Assembly (NCBI GenBank): GCA_038727135.1
Contig: JAVYWL010000001.1
Coordinates: 128,001 to 192,000 of the forward strand
Direction: 5' to 3'
DNA: 64,000 nucleotides
Source: Candidatus Bathyarchaeia archaeon
GTDB lineage: Archaea > Thermoproteota > Bathyarchaeia > Bathyarchaeales > Bathycorpusculaceae
Shown here: positions 38,770-47,820 of the stretch, one piece after another
Position numbering within the stretch: position 1 is the stretch's first letter
How the letters are laid out: the number at the start of each line of letters is the position of its first letter
Program-made: the position numbers and the translations under genes
The notes under the pieces: model-generated
The model's database searches: none
What the model was told of the DNA's origin: nothing
The model's input: only the letters and a program-made list of their open reading frames with translations

Positions 38770-40369
38770 CCACCTTATAACGGCTCAAATGGTCTGTCCT
38801 GCTGCGAAGCACATACAGGTAATCCGCCAGCATTGGCGTTTCCCTTCCAAGCTCCAGTGTAACCTCAAGCGTCTGCGTTTTGGCGTCAACATAGTATTCC
38901 ACGCTTTCAACACGGAAATAGCCGCCAACACCCTCGTTTGGTAGTTCCATATAAACTCTGTCCGCGGCAAGAATTGGCGTAACGCCATAGTCTAACACTG
39001 TGGTTTTTATGGTTAACGATTCTGTTGGGTTCTTGTAATAGTTGAGGAGGGCTTTAGCCCTTAAAAGGCATTCATTGTCGCTTTTCAACTCTTCATCAGT
39101 TTCTGTTAGCTCCCTTAAGCCGTAGGATGATTGGCTGCCGGCGTCTTCTTGCATGGCGTAGTAGCGGCTGTCCGACAGGTACAGGTGGTCAAGATAAAGC
39201 CAAATGTCCTCACATATCTGGCTGAAATAAATGATGAAGTCTATGCCCGTGAAGGGGTTACGCCAGTCAGCGTTGCCAACCTTGTTCCATGAAGGCTGGT
39301 CTGTCCGTAAAACAAGTTTGCCCCAAGTGTTTGCCGGCGGAAGCATAGGCTTAATGTCCATGTCAAAGTGGTCGTTGCTGCTTTGCCAGAGGCGACAGTA
39401 AGCGTTTGCTAATCCGTAGGCTGGATAATTCCCCCACATAATCCAAGTGTTAATCTGTTTGAAGCCTTCTGGACCACTAAACTTCAGATTGTTTAAGCTG
39501 CGGTACAAGTAGAGTTGAGTGCCTCCGCCATAAGCGTAAACACAGTAAGCGTCCGAATACTTCTTCTGCCCATCCTGCGTCACATGGTCTGAGTAGGTGC
39601 TTATTCCCCCGTTAGACTGCCAGCCAACCGTGGACTCTGTCCAACCATCCTCATTAGCGTCTGAAGGCAATTTTCTTTCGGCTGCTCCGTAAACGTGGAT
39701 TCTGTTTCTTATGCGGCTAATGTCCTTGCGGTATTCATACTCTTCAATAATTTCGGAAAGGCTTACAGGCGAAGTTTTGCTGTTCCGCTTGAAAAACTCG
39801 AATTTTCCGTCTGGAGCCACTCGGAAATCGTAGCCTATAACGCCATTATAGTCGGCTGAATCGGCAATATAACGGATTATGTCAAAAACAGGCGTGTTTT
39901 CATAATTCAGCTTAACATAAGTTGTGGTTGTAGTCTCTACAAGCTCTGTGCTGTCCCGCGTGTGGCTCAAACCAACAAGGTTATCCAGCAAATATTTGAC
40001 TATATCCTCGCCTTTCATGTTTTCAAAAATGCCCGTAAAAACTCGACGGAAGAGGCGCTCTCCAACACATCTTCCGCCCACACGGATATAATGCTCGGCT
40101 GGCGTGTTTTCGTATTTTAGGCTTTCAATTCGGCAGGTGATTATCTTGGGAACATTTGTGCCTCTCCCGATGGAAATTGAGCCATCCATGCCAACAGTCA
40201 ACGGAATAGAGCCGCCGGGGCTATATTTTCCATTCCAGTTTTGCAGTGTAAGCTCGAAGCTGCTTACTTCTTTTGTGCAGCCGAGATGCACTCGACACTC
40301 GATAATGTCGTTTTCATCTATGGAATAACTGCCGAAAGCAACACTTATTCGTGGAATGTCAACGCTCAT
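38753..40369 (-). CDS. tail tip / baseplate hub-like protein with inserted beta-sandwich domain
   Basis: Follows the tape measure; GYDFRVAPDG, IRNRIHVYG, SQSSYGLRE, RAKALL, FRVESVEY pattern of hub/tail proteins; central aromatic-rich insert. Confidence 0.65.
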   Translation of the reverse strand: MSVDIPRISVAFGSYSIDENDIIECRVHLGCTKEVSSFELTLQNWNGKYSPGGSIPLTVGMDGSISIGRGTNVPKIITCRIESLKYENTPAEHYIRVGGRCVGERLFRRVFTGIFENMKGEDIVKYLLDNLVGLSHTRDSTELVETTTTTYVKLNYENTPVFDIIRYIADSADYNGVIGYDFRVAPDGKFEFFKRNSKTSPVSLSEIIEEYEYRKDISRIRNRIHVYGAAERKLPSDANEDGWTESTVGWQSNGGISTYSDHVTQDGQKKYSDAYCVYAYGGGTQLYLYRSLNNLKFSGPEGFKQINTWIMWGNYPAYGLANAYCRLWQSSNDHFDMDIKPMLPPANTWGKLVLRTDQPSWNKVGNADWRNPFTGIDFIIYFSQICEDIWLYLDHLYLSDSRYYAMQEDAGSQSSYGLRELTETDEELKSDNECLLRAKALLNYYKNPTESLTIKTTVLDYGVTPILAADRVYMELPNEGVGGYFRVESVEYYVDAKTQTLEVTLELGRETPMLADYLYVLRSRTDHLSRYKVGARVV

Positions 40370-40370
40370 G

Positions 40371-40913
40371 CTATTCTACGCCTCGCCTATAAAGTTCCAT
40401 TTCACCAGCCCTACGAATGCTTCTGCCAGCAAAGCTGAGTTCACTAGCCGCCTCGTTGTATTCGCGGACGCTTTCTGTGGCGTTTCGCATTTGGCTGGCA
40501 AAATAGGATATGGCAGCAGCAGCCCCTATAATGGCGGCTATTCCAACGCCCGTTAAAGCTAGGAAGGTGGCGAAGCTTATGTTTAGGGCTTGCTGGGCAG
40601 CGTTGGCAACCCAACAAGCTGCGGCATAAACTTTCTGGGCTACAGCTACACCCCAACTGGTGCGCATAAACATGCCCATGGTGGTGACAAGGTATGTGAG
40701 GCTGGCTAAGGCTCTTGTTTGCTCGCTGTTTAATAAACCGAAGGAATGAGCAATGTGGACAACCGCTGAGCCGGCGGCTCCTAAACCAGCCATTGTGGCG
40801 CCGAGGCTTTTAATCCGCACGCTCAAGGTTTCGGCGTCTGATTGGATTCTGGCAAACTCGTGGCTTGCGCGGTTTATGGCGCGGATGGTTATGGCTATTT
40901 CACGGAAACTCAT
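40371..40913 (-). CDS. very short tape-measure-like protein (180 aa)
   Basis: N-terminal I.I.A.N.AS start typical of TMPs, Ala/Gly-rich amphipathic helices, position after chaperone and before hub. Confidence 0.6.
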   Translation of the reverse strand: MSFREIAITIRAINRASHEFARIQSDAETLSVRIKSLGATMAGLGAAGSAVVHIAHSFGLLNSEQTRALASLTYLVTTMGMFMRTSWGVAVAQKVYAAACWVANAAQQALNISFATFLALTGVGIAAIIGAAAAISYFASQMRNATESVREYNEAASELSFAGRSIRRAGEMELYRRGVE

Positions 40914-41274
40914 AATCCAGCCTCCGAGGCGGCGTGCTCCAAAGCCTCAACTATAACTGCTTCAAGTCTTGGAAGATGTTCTTGAATGGCTGGGTAAAGA
41001 TATGGGCGGGCTTTCATGTGGCGGGTGCCAAACTCCACAAACATGGCGTAAGAAGCCTCTGCGCCTATTTCAGCCACCCAATCTTTAACAGTCGCGTAAA
41101 TGGTGCTTCTCAAGTAGCCCGTTCGAACCGGAGCGAGGCTTCTGGCGTATTCACGGACACCACAGCCCAATGCTCAAGTAGCTCTTGGACCTGTCGCAGC
41201 ATAGCCCCTTCTAGGTGTTGAAGGGCTTGCAAAACCTCTTCGCCGTATATTTCGATGTTTACTTCAACCGCCAA
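40910..41274 (-). pseudogene. HK97 gp10-like tail-completion protein with a 1-nt frameshift
   Basis: C-terminal frame has APVRTGYLRSTI, YAMFVEFGT, ARPYLYPA. N-terminal frame from TTG 41274 reads MAVEVNIEIYG...LLEHWAV. Total 365 nt, frames meet at about 41160. Confidence 0.75.
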
Positions 41275-41800
41275 CGACTTTCACGCTCCATTCGAGCTTT
41301 TTCCTCTTCCGCTTGGCGGTCCAGCTCGTTTAGGATTATGATGAATTGTTGGATGGTCTTGGCTGGTTGTCGGGCGAGCTGGCATGGTGTCCAGCCGAAC
41401 TCTTTGCATAGGCGAAACTCCGTTAACGCTTGGTTTGGTTTTTGGCGTCTGATGCTGCGGATAAAAAAGCTGTTTCCTCAAAGCTGACGCTGTTAAGCCT
41501 ATTGACAATTTGGCTGAATAACTCGCCGAGAGCTATTGGAACGCCCTTTTCTGGGTCTTCGCTGAGAAGCTTTTCAAGGCTAATGGGTTGGTGGGGTGGC
41601 TGCTCTTTAAGCGAAGCCATTATTGTTTCTGCTTGGATGGCTATGTAGTCGCTGCTGATGACTTGCCCTGTCAACGGGTGGTATTTTGTGTATTTTTGGA
41701 TTATGCGGCTCCGCCTCGCCCATGTCAATTCTTGGAAAACGTATTTGCCAGCATACTCCTTGCCGTACTCTTCGCCTATCACAACGGTTTCTGTTCGCAT
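41259..41800 (-). CDS. tail assembly chaperone G (41800-41423) and -1 frameshifted GT product (ends 41259)
   Basis: ATG 41800 overlaps the tail-tube stop (TAATG); slippery T TTT TTA at 41468-41462; the -1 frame is open for about 68 codons. Confidence 0.8.
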
Positions 41801-42702
41801 TAGGCTATCACCACATCCCTTGCTATGAAGCGGGCTTTTAGGTTGACGAGGTCTTCTATGCGTGTTGGTGTTGTCACGCTTTCCCATTTGCAGTACTTGA
41901 ACAAGGCGTAGTTGGAGTCGCCAAGCCCAAATTTTAAGCTGAACTCGCCGTCGTTTACAACGTCTTCAAACTCACCTTTGTCCTCAAACTCGAAAGTTAA
42001 TTCTCCACTTAATTCGCGGTGGCGGGCTGGCAAGTATTTAAGCAGGTGTCCGCTTGTTGTGCGGATGACTGGCACTGGTTTAAGATTGTTTTCTATGGTG
42101 AATTTCCAGTCTGTGACTCGCTCAACCGCCGCTAACCCTGAACCGTCTGCCGTGCCTCGCTGAACAAAGCATTGATGGTATGGAACTGCTCCGGCATAGT
42201 CTGCGTATGTGGCGCCTGTGATTTTGCCAGTCCCAACAGCAACGTCCCGCCCAATAAGCTCAACAGTTGCCTTAACAACCTCGTCTATGCCGCATTCAAC
42301 AGTTAGCTTGTCTACTCGCATGCCCTTGTAGAGGAGGCTGATAATGTCTGTGGCTGAAGTGAATAATCCCTTGTAGTAGAGGATTTGTATGCTTAGGCTG
42401 TTGAGGGTTTGCACATGCTGAACAAAGCTTATAGGCGCGTCGCTGGGTATTATGTGGCTAATCTTTAATGCTGGTTTTAGCAGTCCCCGTTTTAGAGCCG
42501 CCAAGTCTCTGTTGCCTATGCCTCGCACTTGAATGAGGCTTGGATTTAAAGAAGGCTCAATGTTTTCGGCGTTTACTCCAAGCATAGAAGGGTTGGATGG
42601 TGTCTGCCCATACGTGGATTCTTGCACATAGTAGACGCGGCACTCATGCGCCCCATATGTGTCAACCACTTTCATCACGCTCCCAAATTCTCGAATACCC
42701 AT
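41800..42702 (-). CDS. tail tube (major tail) protein
   Basis: YVQESTYGQTP N-terminus, YKGMRVDKLTV, WKFTIENNL, RELSGELTF; position between terminator and chaperone; start probably near 42675. Confidence 0.8.
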   Translation of the reverse strand: MGIREFGSVMKVVDTYGAHECRVYYVQESTYGQTPSNPSMLGVNAENIEPSLNPSLIQVRGIGNRDLAALKRGLLKPALKISHIIPSDAPISFVQHVQTLNSLSIQILYYKGLFTSATDIISLLYKGMRVDKLTVECGIDEVVKATVELIGRDVAVGTGKITGATYADYAGAVPYHQCFVQRGTADGSGLAAVERVTDWKFTIENNLKPVPVIRTTSGHLLKYLPARHRELSGELTFEFEDKGEFEDVVNDGEFSLKFGLGDSNYALFKYCKWESVTTPTRIEDLVNLKARFIARDVVIA

Positions 42703-43115
42703 GACCTCAAGACGAACTCGGTTCTGTAAATGACTGGTTTAACATCCACACGGTCAACATCCCGAAAACTAACCACATCTAAATAAGCCAAGGAGCCGAC
42801 TGGGTTAATGCGGTTTTGGCGGATAACCCGCATGACCTCCTCAACCATTTTCTGGCGGACTAGCGGGTCTCGGCTCCAAACGTTAACGCGCATAGCATAT
42901 ACACGTCTGCGAAGTTTGCCGCTTAGCTCAAGTTTTGTGTCGAGGCACTCCGCCAAGCCAACGGTCACATGCCCATCAATCTGCTGTAAAGCTTCTTGGC
43001 TTAGCCATTCACGGCTAACCTGAATTTTGGCAAGGCTTCCATCCTCTTTAACCACCTGCATGTTCTCGCTCAACAGCTGAATGACAACGTCCACAGGGCT
43101 TCCAACTTCGCTCAT
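42675..43115 (-). CDS. tail terminator-like protein
   Basis: RVNVWS...VEEV.R.I pattern, about 146 aa, between head closure and tail tube; ATGA overlap with the upstream gene. Confidence 0.6.
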   Translation of the reverse strand: MSEVGSPVDVVIQLLSENMQVVKEDGSLAKIQVSREWLSQEALQQIDGHVTVGLAECLDTKLELSGKLRRRVYAMRVNVWSRDPLVRQKMVEEVMRVIRQNRINPVGSLAYLDVVSFRDVDRVDVKPVIYRTEFVLRSWVFENLGA

Positions 43116-44497
43116 GCATTTAGCCTCCTGCAACTAGCCCTAAAATAGGCGGTTTCGCCCCTCCAATCGAAGGCTTGAACGCTTAAAACCTCGTAGTCAA
43201 TGCTGCCAACCAAGATTTTATCACGAACACGCAACGGCACGAAAGTATAAACCGTAATGTAGTCGCTTATGACGTAACCCGGCTCCAAAAACACTTCATC
43301 AACCCGCGCTGGAGCGATAAAGGCTTGGATTTCCACGCCTTCGCCATAATTAGCGGATTCGCCGGAAGCCACAAGCGGATAAAGCGTAACCCATCTGCCA
43401 TGAGCCCTAAGCACTTGCGTAAAACGTGTTAAAGGCTCTTCATAGTTGAGGAAAAACCTTGCGAGCCAGCAAACCGTAGCCATAGCCCACTTTTCTTCAA
43501 CTGGGCTGTAGTCCGCATGCTTAACGCCCCAAAACATGAAATTTTCAGCGTATTTCTCTATAATTTTCATGCTGTAGGCGAGGCTTGGCTTGTCATGGTA
43601 TCTGCGAACTTGCCACAAGATGCCAGCGGTAACACCATCATAATAGTCGCATGCTGGAAAACGCGAAACAACGTCTATGTAGCCAGCCCAACAAACAGCC
43701 GGATTATAGGCTGGATACCTGGCGGAAGTCCCTATCGAGTTGAGGAAGTTGTAAACTTTTTGACATGAGGGGCTCCAGCCCTCATAAACGTACAAGCCTA
43801 AAAGCGCATAGGCGAAACAGTCGTCGTAAACCTCGTTTTCCGCCAAACCAACACGATGCCATTTGCCGTCAGAAGGGTCGTAGTAAAGCCATAAACCCTC
43901 AAAGCCTTCTCGGAGAAAATCAGCAGCCTTTCGCATCATGTTTTGGTATAGGCTCGCGTTTGCCACATCGTACTTTTCAGCCAGCATTTTTAAGCCCAAA
44001 AGCCCGTAAAGGCACTCCACATCCAGCTGCAAAAGCCAATTTCCATTAATGTCAACGACCCTTGCAAAACCGCCATAAGGCTGCTGCCCCTGCATAGTCT
44101 TGAGGAAAGTGGCGGCGAGCTTTGCGGCATTCAAATAGTTGTTGTCGCCAGTTAACTCGTAGGCTTTCAGAAGCGCTGGAATAACACGACAGGCGTCCAC
44201 TGCATAATAATAAGTGCTGTTTTCAGCCGATTTGAAACCGCCGTAAGCCCTTTTCTGCTGGTCTGTGCACTGCTGAGTTAAAACCCAATCCGCAAGGCCA
44301 ACAATCCTGTTGTATATGGCTGCTTTGCAGTCGCAGAACTGCTCCGCCCAATAAGCCTCGCAAAGGAAGTCTATAGCGAAGGCGGCCGCAAAGGCAGCTC
44401 TTCCCCACTCATGATCTGGAACGCCCGGCGGTAAAACATAAACGTAGGGCGCATAATCCATGATAAAAGTGTAATAGGCTTCTGGAACTTTTCCCAA
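43112..44497 (-). CDS. (alpha/alpha) toroid glycosidase-like domain fused to a C-terminal head-closure (stopper)-like domain
   Basis: Helical repeats (LLKAYELTGDNNYLNAAKLAATFL, YGGF x2) over about 350 aa; last ~105 aa read G..VTL...RDKILVGSIDYEVLSV, like head-tail joining proteins. Confidence 0.6.
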   Translation of the reverse strand: MGKVPEAYYTFIMDYAPYVYVLPPGVPDHEWGRAAFAAAFAIDFLCEAYWAEQFCDCKAAIYNRIVGLADWVLTQQCTDQQKRAYGGFKSAENSTYYYAVDACRVIPALLKAYELTGDNNYLNAAKLAATFLKTMQGQQPYGGFARVVDINGNWLLQLDVECLYGLLGLKMLAEKYDVANASLYQNMMRKAADFLREGFEGLWLYYDPSDGKWHRVGLAENEVYDDCFAYALLGLYVYEGWSPSCQKVYNFLNSIGTSARYPAYNPAVCWAGYIDVVSRFPACDYYDGVTAGILWQVRRYHDKPSLAYSMKIIEKYAENFMFWGVKHADYSPVEEKWAMATVCWLARFFLNYEEPLTRFTQVLRAHGRWVTLYPLVASGESANYGEGVEIQAFIAPARVDEVFLEPGYVISDYITVYTFVPLRVRDKILVGSIDYEVLSVQAFDWRGETAYFRASCRRLNA

Positions 44498-44502
44498 AAG
44501 GC

Positions 44503-44856
44503 TTAAGCCCTCCCAACATAAGGCTGCTTCAAAACGGCTAGAATCCGCTCCAACTCGCTCTGCAAAACGTTCAGCGGCGGAGCATTACCCAGCACGCTTA
44601 CGCTTTTGTCGCCTAGAGTGAAGTTTAGGCCGACAGCCGAGCCGCCGGTCAAATAGCAGATGGCGTATATGGCTGCGAGAAGCGTTATAGCCTCCTTTTC
44701 GGGTTCTGTGCAGTCTGCATAGTCTAAGTCTTTTCCAAGCTCAAGCTCAAGCGCCACCTCAGCCCTCTTAATCATTTTAACAATTTTATCGTCTGAAATG
44801 TCCCCGCTATCCAGGTTTAGAACGTCCCGGACATCAGCCGTAGAGACGCTTGCCAA
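44503..44856 (-). CDS. head-tail connector (adaptor, gp6/gp15-like)
   Basis: VSTADVR.VL...ISD..I..MI.RA pattern, 117 aa, first gene of the neck/tail operon. Confidence 0.65.
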   Translation of the reverse strand: MASVSTADVRDVLNLDSGDISDDKIVKMIKRAEVALELELGKDLDYADCTEPEKEAITLLAAIYAICYLTGGSAVGLNFTLGDKSVSVLGNAPPLNVLQSELERILAVLKQPYVGRA

Positions 44857-45093
44857 GGGGCATCACCTCAACAGAATCTTGGAAAGGCAAAATTTAAGCA
44901 ATTTTCACGTTTTTAAAGCCTTTTTCTGAACAATTTTTTATTTAAACTATAATTTTTAGTTATTTCTTTGAAATGCTTTGTTTTAGGCTTATGCCCTGTC
45001 GATAATAACAGGCGGATTCTAACCTTCCGCGGCGGGAACAAAACATTTTTGAAGACACTTGCTAAAGAGTATAAGGCAATAGAGGTTTGAAAC

Positions 45094-46095
45094 TTGAAAA
45101 TCCAAAAGGTAAAGGTTCTTCTCGTAATATTCATAGTTCTAACGGTTATTGCGCTTATGACGTTTTACGTGGTGCACCAAACCCCGGTGGAGGAGACTAG
45201 AACAGAAACGCTTTGCACATATGAAAGCACGGCGGAATACACCTATTTGGCTTTGGTTAAAACACCAAACAAGGTTTATGACAATGAAAGTGTGATAGGA
45301 CCAGAATATCAAACGCTTTACACAAGGCTTATTCGCCACATAAACGTAACCCTGACATACGAGTTTAACGCAGACCAGCCGCTAGAAGATGTTCAAATAA
45401 CTTACACGGTGACAAGAAGCCTCAAAGCTTCAGCATGGACCTATGAAATAGAAAGAGTCGCCCCGAACACCACTAGTCAAACGCAAATCCAAATCTCGCT
45501 TCCAACAGTAAATAAGACGCTGTTAGACCAGTTGAAGGAGGAAATTGACAAAGAAACAGGGGCTAGCACCACAACATATGCCTTGGAGATTAAGCCAACT
45601 TTTACGGTGAGAGCCAACACCACCGCTGGCAGGATATATCAAGTGTTTACGCCCACCATAACGGTTTCCTTCCAGCGAACCGACAAGGGCGAGGTAACAG
45701 TAATTGAGCCGCTGTATCATTCGAGGGCTGGCGCACTAACAGAGACTGAAACAATAACTCGTCAGGAGGTTGTCAGCCAACGTTACACCTCATACATTTT
45801 AGTTACAATGGCTTTTGCCGGACTAGCCTTCTCAACCCTATTCTATATTAAGACAAGACCGAAAATTGAAAAACCATTGGAGAAAATTATAGCTCCATTC
45901 AAGGATCTGATTATTGAGGCTTTGGAGGCGCCGAAAACTTTGCCGCAGACAACCATAACGGTTAAGGATTTAAGCGAACTGACGAAAATCGCCGAAGTTC
46001 TTGCAAAGCCGATAGTGCACGTGGCTGAAGATCAGGAGCACACATTCTACATAATAGATGAAAGTGTAAGGTATCAGTTTAAAATGAAGGCTTAG
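45094..46095 (+). CDS. DUF5305-like archaeal membrane protein (host-type gene, opposite strand)
   Basis: N-terminal TM, large extracellular region, second TM, C-terminal V..LSEL.KIAE.L.KPI.H...Y.IID..VRY. Confidence 0.65.
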   Translation: MKIQKVKVLLVIFIVLTVIALMTFYVVHQTPVEETRTETLCTYESTAEYTYLALVKTPNKVYDNESVIGPEYQTLYTRLIRHINVTLTYEFNADQPLEDVQITYTVTRSLKASAWTYEIERVAPNTTSQTQIQISLPTVNKTLLDQLKEEIDKETGASTTTYALEIKPTFTVRANTTAGRIYQVFTPTITVSFQRTDKGEVTVIEPLYHSRAGALTETETITRQEVVSQRYTSYILVTMAFAGLAFSTLFYIKTRPKIEKPLEKIIAPFKDLIIEALEAPKTLPQTTITVKDLSELTKIAEVLAKPIVHVAEDQEHTFYIIDESVRYQFKMKA

Positions 46096-46105
46096 GCTTC
46101 CGGCC

Positions 46106-47527
46106 CTAATCTCCTGAAAGCTGAAAAGCCAATTCGCCAATAACTAGGAAAAGCCTTGTTTTTCTTACACCCGGCTTGGAAACATAAAATGTGTGGACCA
46201 GCCTGGATTGTTGAAGAAGCCTCATCAGGCGGTGGATTCGCTTAGAAGAATGGGTTAGGTTGAGAAGAACTGGAATCTTTATGACCCTTAGGGGTCTTCT
46301 GAAGGCGTAGATTGGTTTTAAGGCTTGTGCGTATAGCATTTTCCTTTCAGGTCTGCGGAATACATGGGTTGTTTGAATGGCGGCGAACCATTGTTTTAGG
46401 AAAAGCGGAGCCGGCAGCGTCCAAGTCCTTAACACTTTTAAGGCTTGAGTAAACTGCATAAAACGGTGGCGGATAAAAGCGTGAGCCAAGTTTAAAGTTT
46501 GCATTAACTTTAAACTGCGGAAGGGTCTTGAAAAAGCGTGGTTTGTTTTTAATGGTGCGCTCCACGTTATGGTTTGTCCAACGGCGGCAGGTTTGCAGTA
46601 GCCTATAAGGTAAAATTTGATGAGAGTACTGCTTATATAGCCTTCAAAGATTTGCTCGGAATCTAAACCGACAGCGGCGCTTCTACATTCACCTTGGTAA
46701 AGGTTTGTGTTTGCTGTATGGTTGTCTGTGCTTCCATTTTTTCTCACATCGCCTTTATAAGCAGCAGTCGCACTGGCGTTGACCAAGAAGAGTATTGCTC
46801 CGTCTGCGGTTGACTCGGTTTCGCTGGTTATATCGATGTCCGTCCATGCGTTAGTAGAAGTTATGCTTTTGTCTATACCATTAGTAAAAAATGTTATGGG
46901 CTGCTTGGTGTAACCGATAAGCATAACCTTGAAGTTTGTGTTTTCAATATTTGCTTCGAAAATGCGGTTTGAATCTACCCCGCAAAGTTGATAGACGAAC
47001 CTTTTACTGTATCGGATTTGTCCATAAGTAAATGTGTCGCTGCTCCCATTTTTCCGGATACCTCCATAGTAGTTGGTGGCCGTGTCGGCGTTATAAAGGA
47101 GACAAATGACACCTGTGCTTCCTTCGGGAATATTTCCCGACGCATCAACGTCCACCCAATCGCCGGTGGTGCTGGGTGTTTTGTCAACTGCGTTTGTGAA
47201 AAAATCAACCGTTGAATCGCAATATCCAGCAAGGTAAATTTTCACATTTGTGTTTCCGATGTATGCCTCGAAAATGCGGTTTGAGTCCACCCCGACAAAG
47301 GCGTGCCTCGCATAAGTATTGGGAATGTAAAGTCCAAAATTATCTGAACTTCCGTTTTTCCTCACTCCAACATTATACGTTGCGGTTCCAGTATTCATTA
47401 TTTTTAGTATTACGCCCGTGCTTCCTTCAGGGATGTATACTGAAACATCAACGTCCACCCAGCTGCCCGTTGTGCTTGGAGTAACATCTATACCGTTGGT
47501 GAAGAAGTTGAATCCGCTGCCCATCAA
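46106..47527 (-). CDS. putative virion fibre/receptor-binding protein with three ~104-aa repeats
   Basis: Repeats FFTN.D.TPS.T..W.DVD...GVI...RKNGS.D...G.DS..IFE.YI...K.YL.GY; basic repetitive C-terminus. Confidence 0.6.
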   Translation of the reverse strand: MMGSGFNFFTNGIDVTPSTTGSWVDVDVSVYIPEGSTGVILKIMNTGTATYNVGVRKNGSSDNFGLYIPNTYARHAFVGVDSNRIFEAYIGNTNVKIYLAGYCDSTVDFFTNAVDKTPSTTGDWVDVDASGNIPEGSTGVICLLYNADTATNYYGGIRKNGSSDTFTYGQIRYSKRFVYQLCGVDSNRIFEANIENTNFKVMLIGYTKQPITFFTNGIDKSITSTNAWTDIDITSETESTADGAILFLVNASATAAYKGDVRKNGSTDNHTANTNLYQGECRSAAVGLDSEQIFEGYISSTLIKFYLIGYCKPAAVGQTITWSAPLKTNHAFSRPFRSLKLMQTLNLAHAFIRHRFMQFTQALKVLRTWTLPAPLFLKQWFAAIQTTHVFRRPERKMLYAQALKPIYAFRRPLRVIKIPVLLNLTHSSKRIHRLMRLLQQSRLVHTFYVSKPGVRKTRLFLVIGELAFQLSGD

Positions 47528-47808
47528 AGCTTCCTCAATTGTTCAATTAGGCTAACCACGTCGTGCGTCTGTAAAATGGAGAGAAGCTCGACAATTTGTC
47601 TGGAACGCTCCTGTCTTGTAATTTCGTCCACTTCATAGTCTGGTAAAACGCCATTTTCAATGCTTTCCTTTTCATGCAGAAGCCAAAGAACGGCGTGAGC
47701 TTTCTCGAAAAGCTCTCGGCTTATTTTCTTTTCAACATAGTAAAGCCTTGTCAGTTTATCATGTAAAGGCTTCCAAGCATCATCTACGTCTTTGCGGGTT
47801 TTAGACAA
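47524..47808 (-). CDS. hypothetical protein
   Basis: 94-aa ORF coupled (ATGA overlap) to the fibre gene. Confidence 0.55.
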   Translation of the reverse strand: MSKTRKDVDDAWKPLHDKLTRLYYVEKKISRELFEKAHAVLWLLHEKESIENGVLPDYEVDEITRQERSRQIVELLSILQTHDVVSLIEQLRKL

Positions 47809-47820
47809 TTAAGCCACCAT

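Noticed and set aside
41281-41508. 75-aa minus-strand ORF as the gene after the chaperone
   Set aside because: Wrong frame with low-complexity translation; the -1 frame product is the protein-like one
46580-47510. CRISPR array or diversity-generating retroelement repeats
   Set aside because: The repeats are diverged in-frame protein repeats; no spacer-repeat periodicity, cas gene or reverse transcriptase is seen in the window
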